Position numbers and translations under genes: made by a program. Positions 13,541 through 26,789 of a stretch of 64,000 nt of DNA are shown here, piece after piece. Location: contig OZ296656.1 of the NCBI GenBank assembly GCA_965655095.1, positions 16,802,001-16,866,000 on the forward strand. Direction: 5' to 3'. Numbering within the stretch: the stretch's first letter is position 1; each line of letters opens with the position of its first letter. This DNA comes from Haplodiscus bocki. Its lineage: Eukaryota. Below the pieces are notes generated by a model. That model saw nothing but the letters and a program-made list of their open reading frames with translations. It made no database searches and was not told where the DNA came from.

Positions 13541-16500
13541 ACAAGCCGAATTCAAGTACTGGAAGGCCAGTCATTAGCCTTGAGATCGAAAACACCCACG
13601 CAAAGAAGAGAGATCGAGAAAGTGACGATTCAAGTGACTTTCAATTTGTTTCTGTGTATGGAGAAGATGAGCGCAACGTTTCATCTGACATGGAATAATA
13701 CATAAACTCCGATGCGCTGAACAGCGATGAAGACACAGCCAGACCAAATAAAAGAGCGCGATTTTTAGGCGAAGATGGCGAATAAAAGTTACACAAAAGG
13801 GCCCGTTGTTTCAATAGGTTTCAAAAGTTGTTTGGATTTGTTTTGTTTGGCTAAGGTTGCAAAGATTATTTATAAGAAAAATTTTGTCGATCGGCGTCAT
13901 TGTTTGAGAGATCACCAACGATGTAAAACAATGTAGAGTCCAGAAACTCACAACAATTTTGTGAACAATTCAACAATGTTCTAACAAATAGCGGTCAAAA
14001 TTGAGCAAGAACAAAGTCAAGGTTTGAATGGTTGAGCCAATACTAAGTTTTTTCCATCACTTTTCTTTTTTATGGATGCCTAACGGCAGCCAAAACACAC
14101 TATGACTCGTTAAATATAAGCCTAAACTAACATGAGCCTTTTTCATCATTTAACCTTTTATTATATGGATGCCTCTGGGCAATCAAAACAACCTAAGATT
14201 CAATATACATGAGGCTGTGTTAAGTGTTTTGAATCATTTTTTCAATATATGGATGTATCTTGGCAACCAAATGGTTGTAGGAGCCTTTAAACGTGTTTTT
14301 TTTCTGTAAAAGAATCTCCTCATTCTTTGTTCGAATGCGGTCTGAGACATTTAGTGTTTTCATTATATTTACAGCTTTTTAGTTTTTCAAACAATACACT
14401 ACGTAAGAAAAAACCATTGCAGGTGGTGTAATTTTTATGCTCACTCTGGTCGAACATGTCCTCGAAAAATATTTTCATTTGTTCATAAAGGTCGTCATTA
14501 AAAAAGTAGGAGTTTAGTTTAGTACAATCAGAAGGATCAAAAACGTTTTTTTTTCTGCCGAAGTAATATGTTTTTGATTGTGATTGGAAATTGAAGTTTT
14601 CAAGCATCTTTAGGGCTTGAATTTTAAAACTTTTTCGAAGAAAAATCATCACACTTTAGTTATTTGTGTCAATCTGACTACTTCCTAAGTCCTATGGATG
14701 TCCAAATTGTTGACAATTACTCGATGAAGACTCTGCTTATATTGCTTCGCTGCGTATAAAAGTTGATTGTAAAATGTTTTCTAAAATTGAGTCTTGAAAA
14801 CCTTGAACTAAAATGTTTTGAAAAGTCTTTTGTCAGAAAAGAAATTTCTGTTAAAGTTCTACAAAATCCATAGATATGAATAAACAAAAAAGAGAGAGCC
14901 AAAAGTATAACAACGAAGTGGCAAACAACAAATAGTATTTTGTCACCTGTAATTAAAGACTGCGATCACATGGAAAAAGTTATTCTCCATAAAGATAATT
15001 ATTGGTCTTGCAATTCGATTGATAAAACATCTTAAACAGAAATATCAAAAACTTTACACTTTTTTTTACTCTAGTGGACATCACTTTTGAATTGGCTTCA
15101 TTAAAAAGAAACAGAGATCAACATCAACGGAAGGATTCAAACAACTGATCTCTGAACGTAAAATAAAGCCATCCAAGGTGTCAGTTTATACAAGTAAAGG
15201 ATTATAAAACTCTTCTAGACTATCTGAAGGAAAGTAATCGATGTAATATCTACTAATTAGGTTAGTGTTTTGTATTGAATTCTCAAAGCTATTTACAGTT
15301 TTCATTTTCTTAATTCTTCTTAATTAGGATTGGTGGAAGATAGTGATGGATGATTTTTTCTTCCTTTTGAATATATAAAAAAGTATACATCTTGAGAAAT
15401 TTTGTCTAAAGTTTTTTTATTTTTCCGAAAAAAATGTTTTTTAATTCTGAAAAATACGAACATTATTTCACTATCAGGTGATTTTATCCTGTTTTTCATA
15501 TCAACTGCATTTCTAAACTAGTCAGCTTTGAGGGTTTTCAGAATATTTGCTCTGACTGAGTAATCTAAGTCAGATGAATAATTTTCAACAGCAGTGGTGA
15601 GAATTGGATTACTATATTTTTCCATCAAAGTTCATCTGTGGAATTCACATATTTTTCCCAAAGTATATCGTTAATTGCCGAAGAATGAAATAATTCTTTC
15701 TCGTAGACAAGTCGTATTAGAATTTGGTAAAGTTGTGCATAACTTTTTCAATTGGAACCACTACTTTAATTTTTTTTCTATTTCATTATGAGTAAAACCT
15801 GTTTGACCTGCTACAGGACTTTCTTTTTTAAATAGTGTGAATCCGTCATTTCTTAGAGCATATAAGTTAGAGTGATACAGTTTGCAAAAGCATGCACAGC
15901 AACTTTGTCATTGATTTTTTTTCAACTGCTCGACGTCCAAAATGTTTTTGCAAATGTTTAATAGTGGAAACAACCTGAAAACGACAATATTTTTTAGGTC
16001 CAAACTTTCAAGTTGATCAATTTTCGTACATATGGATGCGTTTATTTGTGGAATCGAAGAAAAAGCCACTTTTCAAGCTGCGTTACTTGATTATTTGAAA
16101 TTTCGAAGATTTCTGCGAAGTATTAAGTGATCAATTTCAAGAAAATATCGATTGGTTCTAGTTTTTTGGCGTTTTTATCACCCTTCCACCAGTGCACTGG
16201 CTAGGGAGTGCACACAGTACATACTGCTGCTAAAAGGACTATTTTGAGGCATTGCTCGGAAAATTTTAGACGCAAACTATCGAGAGCAACAATTTCTAAT
16301 GTAAGTTTTCAAAAAAAACATAAAAAAGGGCACTTTTCTGAATTGGTTGAGTTTTCTCATAAACGTCGTTTTGTACAAGCTCAGGTCATATTTTGGAAAG
16401 ACTTCATGCACGTTCTGAGGGGTATAATTGTCATTTTGCCAAACTTCTACGCAGTTTCGACTGAATTGTACATTTTCACGTTAAAAGAGTCGTCCTTTCC

Positions 16501-16929
16501 CCTTGTTTCTATTATTTTTTGTAATTCATTGCCGTACCATACCAGAAAGCCAAGAAACTGGCTGTGCTGTTTCCGGAAACTTAACTGCATCCTTTGGTGA
16601 CTTTCATGTAACGAACGCTTAATAGATATAAGTTTCCACTGAATTCCTATTTGGTCGAGTTGTGACAGTTTTTCCTATCAAATCAACTGAGCTTGCATCA
16701 GTTTTCTCGACAGAAGCGGTGATCAAGTCTGGCATCCGTTGCTGTTCGGGAGCGTACCGCATTACAATTTGCGCTCAAGTTCTTTCATTTTCCCGGTTAC
16801 TCGGGCAGTTTCCGGCAAATATTTTGCTCCTTGCTGCCATCGTAGAAGCTATAGCAAACACCGTTTTTTTCGTGATAAAGTTTGAAGAAATGAAAGTCTC
16901 AGTCATTTTGTCACCGAGAAAGCTATCAT

Positions 16930-19900
16930 CATCATCATCATCATGGCTAGAGGCATGTCTGCCCATTGCCAGCCACCGATACCGCGTCCCGGACAACTGC
17001 TCGCCATCTCGGCCTGTCCGTCGCAACTTCACTGCAGGTATCCTTCCACTTCCTCTTCCAAATATCGGATCTCATCCGTGGGGGTTTCAGAATGGGCTCC
17101 AGATCTTCTGCCACAGTAGTTCTCCAGGTCTTTCTCATTGCCCCTGGTGGGCGCTTCCAAGATGTAGCCTTGTCGAACATCAATGCCTCTCTGGTGACTC
17201 TGTCCTCTGTCATCCGGAACACATGCCCGCACCATTTCAGGCGCATCTGCCGGAGGAGTGGATCCAGTGAGCCACCCAGGTGTGCCATGCTTCTGATGGT
17301 CGAAGATCTGAGTTCAGTTTTACCTCCAAAGAATTTTCTAGCACATCTGTTCTCGAATGCGTCCAGTCGGGAGAGATCAGCTTTCCTTAGGGTCCAGGTC
17401 TCTGCGCCGTACAGGAGGGCGCTACGAACACAGGTTTTATACACTTTGCTCTTGGTTTTGATAGTGATATCTCTATTTCTCCAGAATTTGTTGAGCCGGC
17501 AGGCATTAGCAGTTGCACGGGCAATTCTATGCTGGATCTCACTGGAGATGTCACCATTGTGAGAGATGCGACTGCCTAGGTAATCGAATTCTGCCACGTT
17601 GTCAAGGGCACAGCCGTTACAGTAAATCGAAGACGGCTCTAGTCTGGAGAGCATACATTTCGTCTTCCCGGCGTTGATTTTGAGACCAACTTCGACCGCG
17701 GCAGAAAGGACCCTATCGAGGAGGGCCTGCGCATCAGCGCTGTTGTCTTCCAAGAGACAGATATCGTCAGCGTAGTCAAGGTCGGTAATGAGAGTTTCAA
17801 GCTGTATTCCGTGATTGGTGCCCTCAGTGGCTGGATGCATAACCCAGTCGATCAGAAGATTAAATAAGAAAAGCGACAGAACACCGCCTTGGCGCACACC
17901 CGAGCACACCGGAAAGGGGTCGGAGAGGTTGTTATTCATCTTCACGATGCTATTCGTATCGGTATACATATTTCTGATGATGTTGGCGATCTTTTGTGAC
18001 ATGCCTAGGCGTTCGAAGATTTGCCAAATCGCATTGCGGTTTACGCTATCAAATGCCGCCCTGAAATCGATGAACGTCATAACTGTAGATCTGTTCAATT
18101 CACTTCGTTGCTCCAAAATTTGTCGAAGCGCGAAAACTTGGTCTCGGCATCCTCTCTTTTTTCTGAACCCCGCCTGATTGTCTCGAGCAGCAGGTTCGTA
18201 GGCTTCTGTGAGTCTAGCCAGAAGGATAGTTTCGAGGAGTTTGAAGCCTATACAGAGCAGAGAGATGCCACGGTAATTACTACAAATCTGCGTGTCGCCT
18301 TTCTTGTGGAAAGGAAGAAGTACAGAAGTCCGCCATTCATCCGGAATTTGTTCACTGTCCCAAATGTCATCGAGAAGGGATTTCAGCATGTCAATGAGAA
18401 CCTCGCCGCCTTCTTTGTACAACTCGGGCGGGATGCCGTCGCATCCTCCAGCACGACGATTCTGAAGTTCTCTCAAAGCGTGGGTTATCTCATTTTTGGT
18501 TGGAGCTTCGGTATCTATTTCTGCTAAGACCACGGGTGGGGTGAATAATTTGAGTAATGGAGTGGAGCTAGTATCAGCGTTGAGCAGTTCGACAAAGTGC
18601 TCTGCCCATCTTTACATGATTTTCCTGGTATCGGAAATTCGCTGACCGCTAGAGTCTTTAATTGTTTCCGAAGCATGCTTTTTACAGCCTCCAAGTGTTC
18701 GGATCAGTCGGTACATTTCCCTGGTGTGCCCTTTCTCATTAGCCAGTTCGATGTCGGCAGTTTTGTCGTCAATGTATTTGTTTTTGTCTCTCCTGAGAAG
18801 CTTTTTGATGTGCTTCCTCTGTTCTTTAATCTTGTTGCGCGGCGCACCCTTGTTTTTGAGGCTCTCTCTATGTTTAATTGCATTGAGAGTCTCCTGAGAA
18901 ATCCAGGGTTTACTTTTGGTTTGAGTCTTGCCGATGGTCTTTTTAGCAGTTTTGATCATAGCGTCTCTTATATACTCCCATTTTTTGTTCATGGTACTGT
19001 CGTGCGGAAGCGCTTGAGCTGTTTTACGTAGCTCCTGACAGTACTGTCTGGCCGTGGCAGGGTGTCGAAGGCCCTCAATGTTGAACCGTTGGGCTTTGTA
19101 AGACTTTGTGTATGTCTTCAGCTTGGATTTGATCTTGCACTTAAGCATCTGGTGGTCGCTATCAATGAGCAGGTTGTCCTTGTGAGTGCGGATGTCGTTT
19201 ATGGCTGTGCGCCATCTTCTTTTTATAAGAAAGAAATCGATTTGGTTTTTCGTTTTTCTGTCCCTTGATGTCCACGTGCTGAGTTGGTGTTTTTTCTTCT
19301 GGTACATGGTGTTAGCAACGGAGAGGTCATTAGCGGATGCGAAAAGAGCTGACCGATCACCATTGTCATTGCGCTGTGATGGCTTAACAAACCGACCAAT
19401 GTGCTTGCTTTCGGATGTACTGGACCATCCTAGCTTCGCATTCATTTCACCGCCGATGACTAGGGCATCGCCCTTTGGAACGGCGTCTATGACTCTCTGC
19501 AGGCTCATATAGAAGTCGTCTTTTTCGGATGAATCAGTATCCTCGGTAGGGGCATAGCAGGACAAGAGGGAGATGGGCGTGGGCTTGGCATTGATGCGCA
19601 TAGCGCATATTCGGGCGCTGATGGCCTGCCACGATTGAATAGAGTTACTGATTCTGTTAGAAACAGCGATCCCGACACCGTGGAGGCCCTTTTTGTCTTC
19701 ATACCCGCTTGTCAGTATCTGGTAGTTTCTGGTCACTGACTTTGTATCGCCTCTGATTCTAGTTTCTTGAAGGCATGCGACGTCGATAGAATGGTTGGTA
19801 AGCGACACGTCTAAGAGTTCCAGGGATCCAATGGGTAGTAGGGTTAACACGTTCCATGTGCACATATGAAGAAAGTTTTTGGAATGATTCAGTTTCTTGT

Positions 19901-20098
19901 AGGATTCTGCCGAATTTGCAGTTTCCGCCACGACGGCACTCATGGCGGCCCCAGTTATCGCTGGGGGCGTAGCTGAGATCGGTATGTCAGTAAGAGGACT
20001 TAGCATAGTGGGTTCATGGCTTAGTTTTACGGGGAACGCCAGGCCCCAACCCTCCTCCTCCATATGAATGGCGCCGGGCTTGGGACCGGTATCTAGCG
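16930..20098 (-). mobile_element. RTE-clade non-LTR retrotransposon, near full length, recent insertion
   Basis: Perfect 14-bp TSD gagaaagctatcat (16916-16929 and 20099-20112). (TGA)n 3' tail at 16926-16944. APE endonuclease and RT in one frame. Visibly higher GC than the flanks. Confidence 0.96.
16947..20063 (-). pseudogene. RTE ORF: APE endonuclease plus reverse transcriptase, split by one in-frame TAA (18612-18614)
   Basis: Endonuclease motifs TWNV, LQETR, YAPT, NQIDFFL, SDH. RT motifs NYRGISLL, QAGFR, DFRAAFDSV, GVRQG, YADD, YLGS. The two ORFs are 78 nt apart in the same frame and read IM*RWAEHFVELLN. Confidence 0.95.
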
Positions 20099-20583
20099 GA
20101 GAAAGCTATCATGTTTTTATTACTGAAATGAGGTGAAAATTGAAAGTTTCTGGCATCCAAGTGGTACTTCTTCATTTCTTCTGTCCAAAATGCATACCTG
20201 ACAGACAGATATGAACTGTATGGATGAGGGGCCAAGTTTTCTTTCTTCGGCGTATAATGCATCAAAAGTTTCAAAGTAATTGCAACAGCCAAAAGGTTGC
20301 CCGAAATTGATGTTTTCAGTTGGAAAATTGAATCCAATATCGGAGATGGTTACTGTAGTTCGCGCATAGTGCAATTTGGCTGCTCAGTTGTTTGTCAGTT
20401 ATTAATTAAAAATTGTATCTGTTTTTTTGGGAAAAAATTAATTATTGAACCAATCGTATGCTCCCAGAAGGGATAAATAACCATGAAGCTGGTTCAATGG
20501 TCTCTTCAATTTAGAAACAGGTAATGCGAAATGTTTTCCGACAGTGGGAATGCGGAGACAATATGTGTTCTACCACAAATTAT

Positions 20584-22441
20584 TGTCGTTTTAGCCATAA
20601 CACTAAACAGTGCTAGTTCTAAATTTAGAATATGACATAATAGAAGTATTAAAAGTTACTTACCGTTTGAACGAATAGTTGTTGGAGAGCGGTAATAAAG
20701 TTGGAATTGCACATTTTGAAACTTCAAAATTTCGTTGACTTGCCCCAAAAAGAATAGCAACGACATTTTTCTATTTGCTGCCCGCCGTTCTCGGAAATTG
20801 ATTTTAATGCTTCACGAACGGCTCACCTTACTTCCTAAGAGTTGAATTTTTGAGTCTTTTCAGAGGATCACCATATTTGGTGCTCCTTGGCGTAAGGCTT
20901 ACCGTACTTTGTCATAACTTTAAAAGTACGAGAGCTCGGAAAAACTGAGCGGCCGGCCGCCAACAGTAGAATTCATAACTCACTTAATCGTCTGCCGTCA
21001 ACTACTATTGAAGAACACCTCAAATTTTGAACATCTCAACTCTCTCCTTGTGAAATCTCTAGAACCTTTGAAATTTGCAAACTTTTGCGAAAATCTCAAT
21101 TCTCCTAAATTTTGGAATATCCTCCCTATTCGGTTGCAAAATCGACTATCCAAAAACTATCAGAGAATCCCTTCTTTTGCAAAAGGGTATCGAAAAGACT
21201 TATAAACAGCACATCGATACGTATTGAAACTACCAAACAAACTGTTAGTATTTAAATAACTAACCCTGGTAGAGTACAACTCACCAGATCAATCTTAGTT
21301 AATTAAGATCGGGTCCCTTTGCAGAAACTGATTAAGAGTGCAACGTAAATTGCTCCGAACACAATCACTCTGAACAAGGGTCAATTGAAATTTCCCGAAA
21401 CTTAAGAGAAATTGCTCAGTGGTCCTGCCATTTAGTATTGTACCTTTTTAGGCTGCTTTCATCGAAGTGCAATGATGCTGAGTCTTAGATAAAATTATTT
21501 ACTAACCCGGTTTCGATCAGAATCAGCTTCTTTGATTATCCGATGGTAATGGCTGGAACATAAGAGAAATCACTCGGTTGATACGCTATAAAGCGAGTCA
21601 CCCAGTCTTAGTTACTAACCCAAACTTCTGATCGAACTGAGCGAGCGGTCAACAATATCCCTAAATTTTATTTTACGGGTTGACAACTATGAACTGGCCT
21701 CAGAGAAATCGCCAGGTTGTTTCGTTACGTGAATTACCTAATCATAGCTAAAATTGACTCAGGAGTTCACTTATAAAACAAACTACTGGAAAAAATGGAT
21801 GATTATATTCTCCGTTCTAGCGCAAACTTAAAACAGACCAAACCGATGGTGCTCAAAGGCATTTCAACTCATACAAGGTGAGAAAACATATGACTTAATT
21901 ACTGTTACCTGAGTTATTACTGTCATTTCATTATTTTTTTCGCGTCATTTAAAAGCGCGTGCAACAATATTATGTCTAAATTTTAGCTTAAAAATTTTAG
22001 ATTGATATTCTGGCCTAAACTTCTGAGTATTGTAAAACATTGATCAAATAACGTTGAATGGTAAACTGCTGACGTTCTTACTTTGGCTATTTTTGGAATA
22101 GAGTGAGTTCAAAACCAAACGTTTCTGCGCTTAAACAAGTACCGTCCCCCTGTAAACTTGCTATCAAGTTTAACATTACATTTATTATATTTGGAGCCAT
22201 AACTTGCATAGTTTGTATAACAGAACTGCTTGCGTTGAGAAAAATCATGACAAATCCTTTGACCACTCAATAACCATCCACTAAGTCCTTGCTCGCGAAT
22301 TCACGCACTACTTTGTTCGCGCGGGCCGGCAAGGCAACTTCAAGACTCAAGTTTGCTTAATCAGTAACGGCCGCACACCAAGAAAATGACAAATTTCTGT
22401 CAACATTAAATTTAGGCCAAAATCTAGTACCCCGCGCGACA
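20584..22441 (-). mobile_element. Long solo-LTR-like repeat, copy 1
   Basis: Reverse complement aligns along its length to 58912-60756. Ends TGTCG...CGACA. Flanks ttat/ctat may be a decayed 4-bp TSD. Confidence 0.7.
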
Positions 22442-24357
22442 CTATTCTTAAATTTAAGAAAGCCTAAACTTCAAGCATCATCTTTTGTTCACATTTAGAT
22501 CTGTTTTTTCTCTGATTCGAAATTGTATCAAGCTCCATATTGTGCCACTGCAATACATTCGTTGGATGTGTTTTTGATTGGCGCTTTACAGTCAAATGAA
22601 GATGTCCAAATACAACAGTTGAAATTTTCTTTGGTGACGTATTTTCTGCAAAACTGAAGAGTCGGCTTTGTGCTGTACCAAAAGAAAAATGATCTGTAAG
22701 AGCAGTCATATACTATTCCAGACAACTAGAAACAGTACAGAAAACGTTAAAAGAGCGTTTTTATTATTTAAGATTTTTTTCGTGCTATCACTCTTACGCA
22801 TGGCTACTTTTTCTGTGAAGGCAAATACCAATAATCTGAACTTAGGTGTTCCACAGACAGTAAGTAGATTTACGAATAGTCCATCTACTATTTTTTTAGC
22901 GTTGTGGGATCCAAACTTTTACGAGAAAAAATGTAATTATGACTTTTTCCAGGTAAAATTGAAATATTTTCCAAAAATTAACGGTTCCCCCATTGATTTT
23001 TTGTGCTTTCTGTCCGGTCCTGACTTGAGGCATGATCGGTTTTTTCACAAAGTATTGATTTCATGATCTTTCTGTTTCTCATCGAGATTTTTCATGCTAT
23101 AAAAAGACTTAATTTTCAGCAGCTAGAATTAGACAGCTAAAAAAGACACCTATGTTGCGCAGTTTTATATGAATCCTTCCAATTTCTTGGGTGTTTCTAC
23201 TCAAACCTCTAGCAAAACGCTCGTTACGCCCAGTTTTCTCTCTGTTGATGGAAGCTGCGTGACGTGAAATAAAAACCACATAATCGACGTTAAATCAGGT
23301 GAAGCTTTCCTGTAATTCTGCTCTGTGGATCAAATTGGTACGTGCTACCAGGATTGACTTTCTAACCAATGATGATATATTTGCAATCCACTACCCTCAG
23401 CTGTTATTTTCGGAATTTACCTAATTTTTTCTATATGATGGTGAATGAAGTGTCTCTTAAAATTCATTAACTTCACAAGGACCATTGAGCGTACTGTGAA
23501 CTCTCAACTTTGGAAAATCAATGTCGAAGGGGGGCGCTAAATGCTATAATTGCTATCTTTGGCAACTAACACTAATAACACCACATTTTCACATGATTTC
23601 CAGATATAAATTTTGAGGTTTGTTCAAAGAAACTATCTGACAAAATGAAAAATGAAACTAATCCCAACCTGTGTGACGATAACTGTGTTGGAAGAGATTT
23701 TTAGAACTGTTGAGACAGCTTATTAGAAGGACTTCTTGACATGGAATGGTTGTGACTGGTTTCTCATCTTGAATATTAGGTTCACTTAATTCCTCTTTTT
23801 GAGTGAAAATAAGCACTAAGCAATTTTAAGTTGACCATTCGTGGATAACCATCCATGATTCATCCATGGTTCATGGCACGCCATGCTCATGTTCATACCA
23901 TGAGTATCGACATGTTAACTGTGATGATATCGCTTGAATTAGGAAAAATGTGGATTTCTTCCTTAAAAGGTCCCAAATTTTATCTCACTGGAGGTATCAC
24001 ATAATTACAAATGGTGGGAAAAGAAGTTGAGAAAAAGAAAGCACTGAAATGCTTGTCTGGAATTCAAATGTCAGTTAAATCCTTAGGAAGTGTTTGCCAT
24101 GTTATGTTCAACAGTACTGATGTCACTGGCTCTTTTCAGAGTTGTTTCCGTTTGTTTCATTGTTGTTTGATTATTTTTATGGTAAAGGCTCTGAACTTTT
24201 GATCGTCCTCAAAAAAACAAGAAAAATTGTAACCCCCGGGCAAGTTGGACAGACATGAAGCTTCATGGTCCTGCAATCATTAATAAGCCCAAAACACAAA
24301 GTTTGGCCCGAGGGTTTATCATTCGTTTCATTCCTGAAACGGTGATTTATGAGAACC

Positions 24358-24452
24358 AAAGAAAGAAAGAAGGAAAGAAAGAAGGAAAGAAGGAAGGAAA
24401 GAAAGAAAGAAACAAAGGAAGAAATAACTAAAGAAAGAAAGAAGAAATGGAA
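24358..24452 (+). repeat. (GAAA/GGAA)n purine microsatellite
   Basis: aaagaaagaaagaaggaaagaaagaaggaaag... run. Confidence 0.9.
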
Positions 24453-26789
24453 GAAACCAGTCATAAAAGTCGTTTTTTATTATGACTATTTCATTGGTAT
24501 TAATTGGAATTATTCCAATGGGATTCGATTTTTTTGTGAAGGGTTTATAAATCTGTAGGTTAGAGAGTAAATGCTGCTTGAAGATCTTAGAGAAAGCCTT
24601 GTGGAAATGAGCAACCGAAATGGCTGGTGGCAGACGCTGAGCCCGGTTGTGGCAATTATCAAATCACAGAACATATCTTTTTTTAATCACAACTGGTGGA
24701 AACAGCTTACAAAGGACGAATGCCCCAAGTAGACGTCGCAAAATATTTTCAATGGCGGAGGAATCCTTTGGCATTTTATTTGAGCTTCTATGTTTAAAAA
24801 ATGTATACTGAGACGGGTACAGTATCACGTTCACGTTTTGTTAATGTCGAAACTTTTTTAATGATATGAAATTTGTTGGGGGGAGTCTCTCGTTCTTTTT
24901 AAGCTCTCGCGGAAACCAACTAGTCCAAAACTTTTGAGCAAAGGGTTTTCAAAATAAATTTGGTACATTTAAAGCGGGCATTTACGTTTTTCTGTTGAAC
25001 TTCAACTTTTAAAGATCCCAAAAGAGTTGTTCTGGGTGAGTCCCGTTGCGTGACCTAGTATCCCCAGCAACAAATTCAGAAGCAGTTGACATAAAACTAG
25101 AGCCTTTCTGCTTAGACCAACTGAAGAGAACAAAAACATGAACCACCCATGAACCACAATTGATGAATCCAATTTGGAAAAAACTGCTATTTCACAGGAT
25201 TCAAGAGAGTTTTAGTGTTTGCATCGGGGGAGGATGCATTTGCATCAATTCGGAAAATTGAACAATCAACATCAACAGCAATTGCTTGAAGTGTTTTTAC
25301 CAGTGAATTGACTACAATTTGACCTTCGTATATCGTATTAATCTACAACTTGCAACATTCATTTCGTGTAAGTCTTATTTTTGAAGCGGGCATATACTCG
25401 TATAACGTATAACAAAATTGGTCACAAAAATGGGACGATTTTTCCCCCGAAACAATACAACCGACTACCTTCGGGAAAATTTCCGTATGTATTTGAAAAA
25501 CGGAAGTTTATTTTAGTTACGTTAAACTGGTGTGTGTTGCAGAAATGGGTTTAATCAAAATTTTTACATTAATGCATCAATTCTAGATGAAGAGCACCGC
25601 AAGAGTTCCCCACTTCGACGTTAAATTTTACAACTTTCCAACAAAATTGTTATGTCAGTCGCGTAATTTTTCTTTTTTTCTCACGTCGTGTTTTTGCTCT
25701 CTATCTTTACTTTGTCGAGTATACGTTTCGTCTTTCGTTCAGTTCACTGGGTATTATTCAGCCTTTTTGAAGAAAAGAACTCCACTTTTACGAAGTGCGT
25801 ATCCGAGGACGACGCGACGAATTACGAATTGTTCACATTTTATCAAGACTATTTTTCATTTTAATCCTTTTTTCACTTTTTTACTCTGTTTTCGGGTACA
25901 AACACGAACAATCCCTTTACATTTTCATTACAAAAAAATACGATACTTCTGTCCAATGTTTTTTCAATGATATCCCCTTCCATATTCGGAGTTTTTTTCC
26001 AAAAACAGAAACTTATAATGTTTATGGTATAATATAACGCCAATATAATCCATTTTTTGTGGAAAAGCGAAAATGCTTGATCTTGCGAGGCTCTCCGGCA
26101 GTGTATCCCCAAACAGCCCCACTGCATTTTTTTGGCACCTTGAGACAGAACGTTACCGAGAAAAAAAATGATTTACCAAATTTTGTTTACGGATATCAAT
26201 CCCCAACTTCAGTCATTCTCGATTTGTTGTCCAGTAACAGTAAATTTCCCGTAATTCGTGAATGAACTTTTATTTTTCCCGGAAACCATTTTTTTAACTT
26301 TTGCTCCAATTTATATTTTGTTTCTGCTGAATTTTCCAAAGAAGATCTTAGATACGAGATGTCTTCTGGCCGACGCAAAACAGGCACCCTTAATCCAACC
26401 GCGTTGAGATCCCATGCATAAACTATGCATTTCCATGTCGATTTTAAATATAGGATTGCATGGACCATGCATGGGAATAAAACTTTAGAGCACGCTGAAA
26501 AACTGCAAAAAATACCCTTTAAATTCTGGGAAAACAAAACTAGGGAAGAAATCATTGATTTCATAGCAAATCAGCAAAATTGAAAAAAACTATCAAAACA
26601 ATAAAATCACATCAGATTTTTCAAATTGTGAATGCAATTTGAGTAAACAGGAATAATATTCACAAAAAACAACCATTTTTCGTATTGAGCATAATATCTT
26701 TCTTTGGCATAAATTTGCCATCAGATGGCAAAGATCCATTCCGAGGCTAACGGAGGCTCACAAGATTTTTTTCACTGTCACAAAACTTA

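Larger units (their letters stand above)
3169..13790 (+). mobile_element. Polinton/Maverick (adintovirus-like) element A, decayed core gene block; termini not identified
   Basis: Co-oriented remnants of packaging ATPase, rve integrase, minor capsid, core-like protein, major capsid, adenain-like protease and pPolB, the hallmark Polinton gene set. Flanking decayed intronless ORFs (1-3100 and ~14000-23100) may also belong to it. Confidence 0.92.

Noticed and set aside
16662-19512. Several 100-200 aa + strand ORFs over the RTE
   Set aside because: Antisense shadows of the GC-richer RTE ORF, with no motifs.
24177-24558. Hydrophobic (FFLS)n and basic (KKER)n ORFs
   Set aside because: Translations of the (GAAA)n microsatellite.
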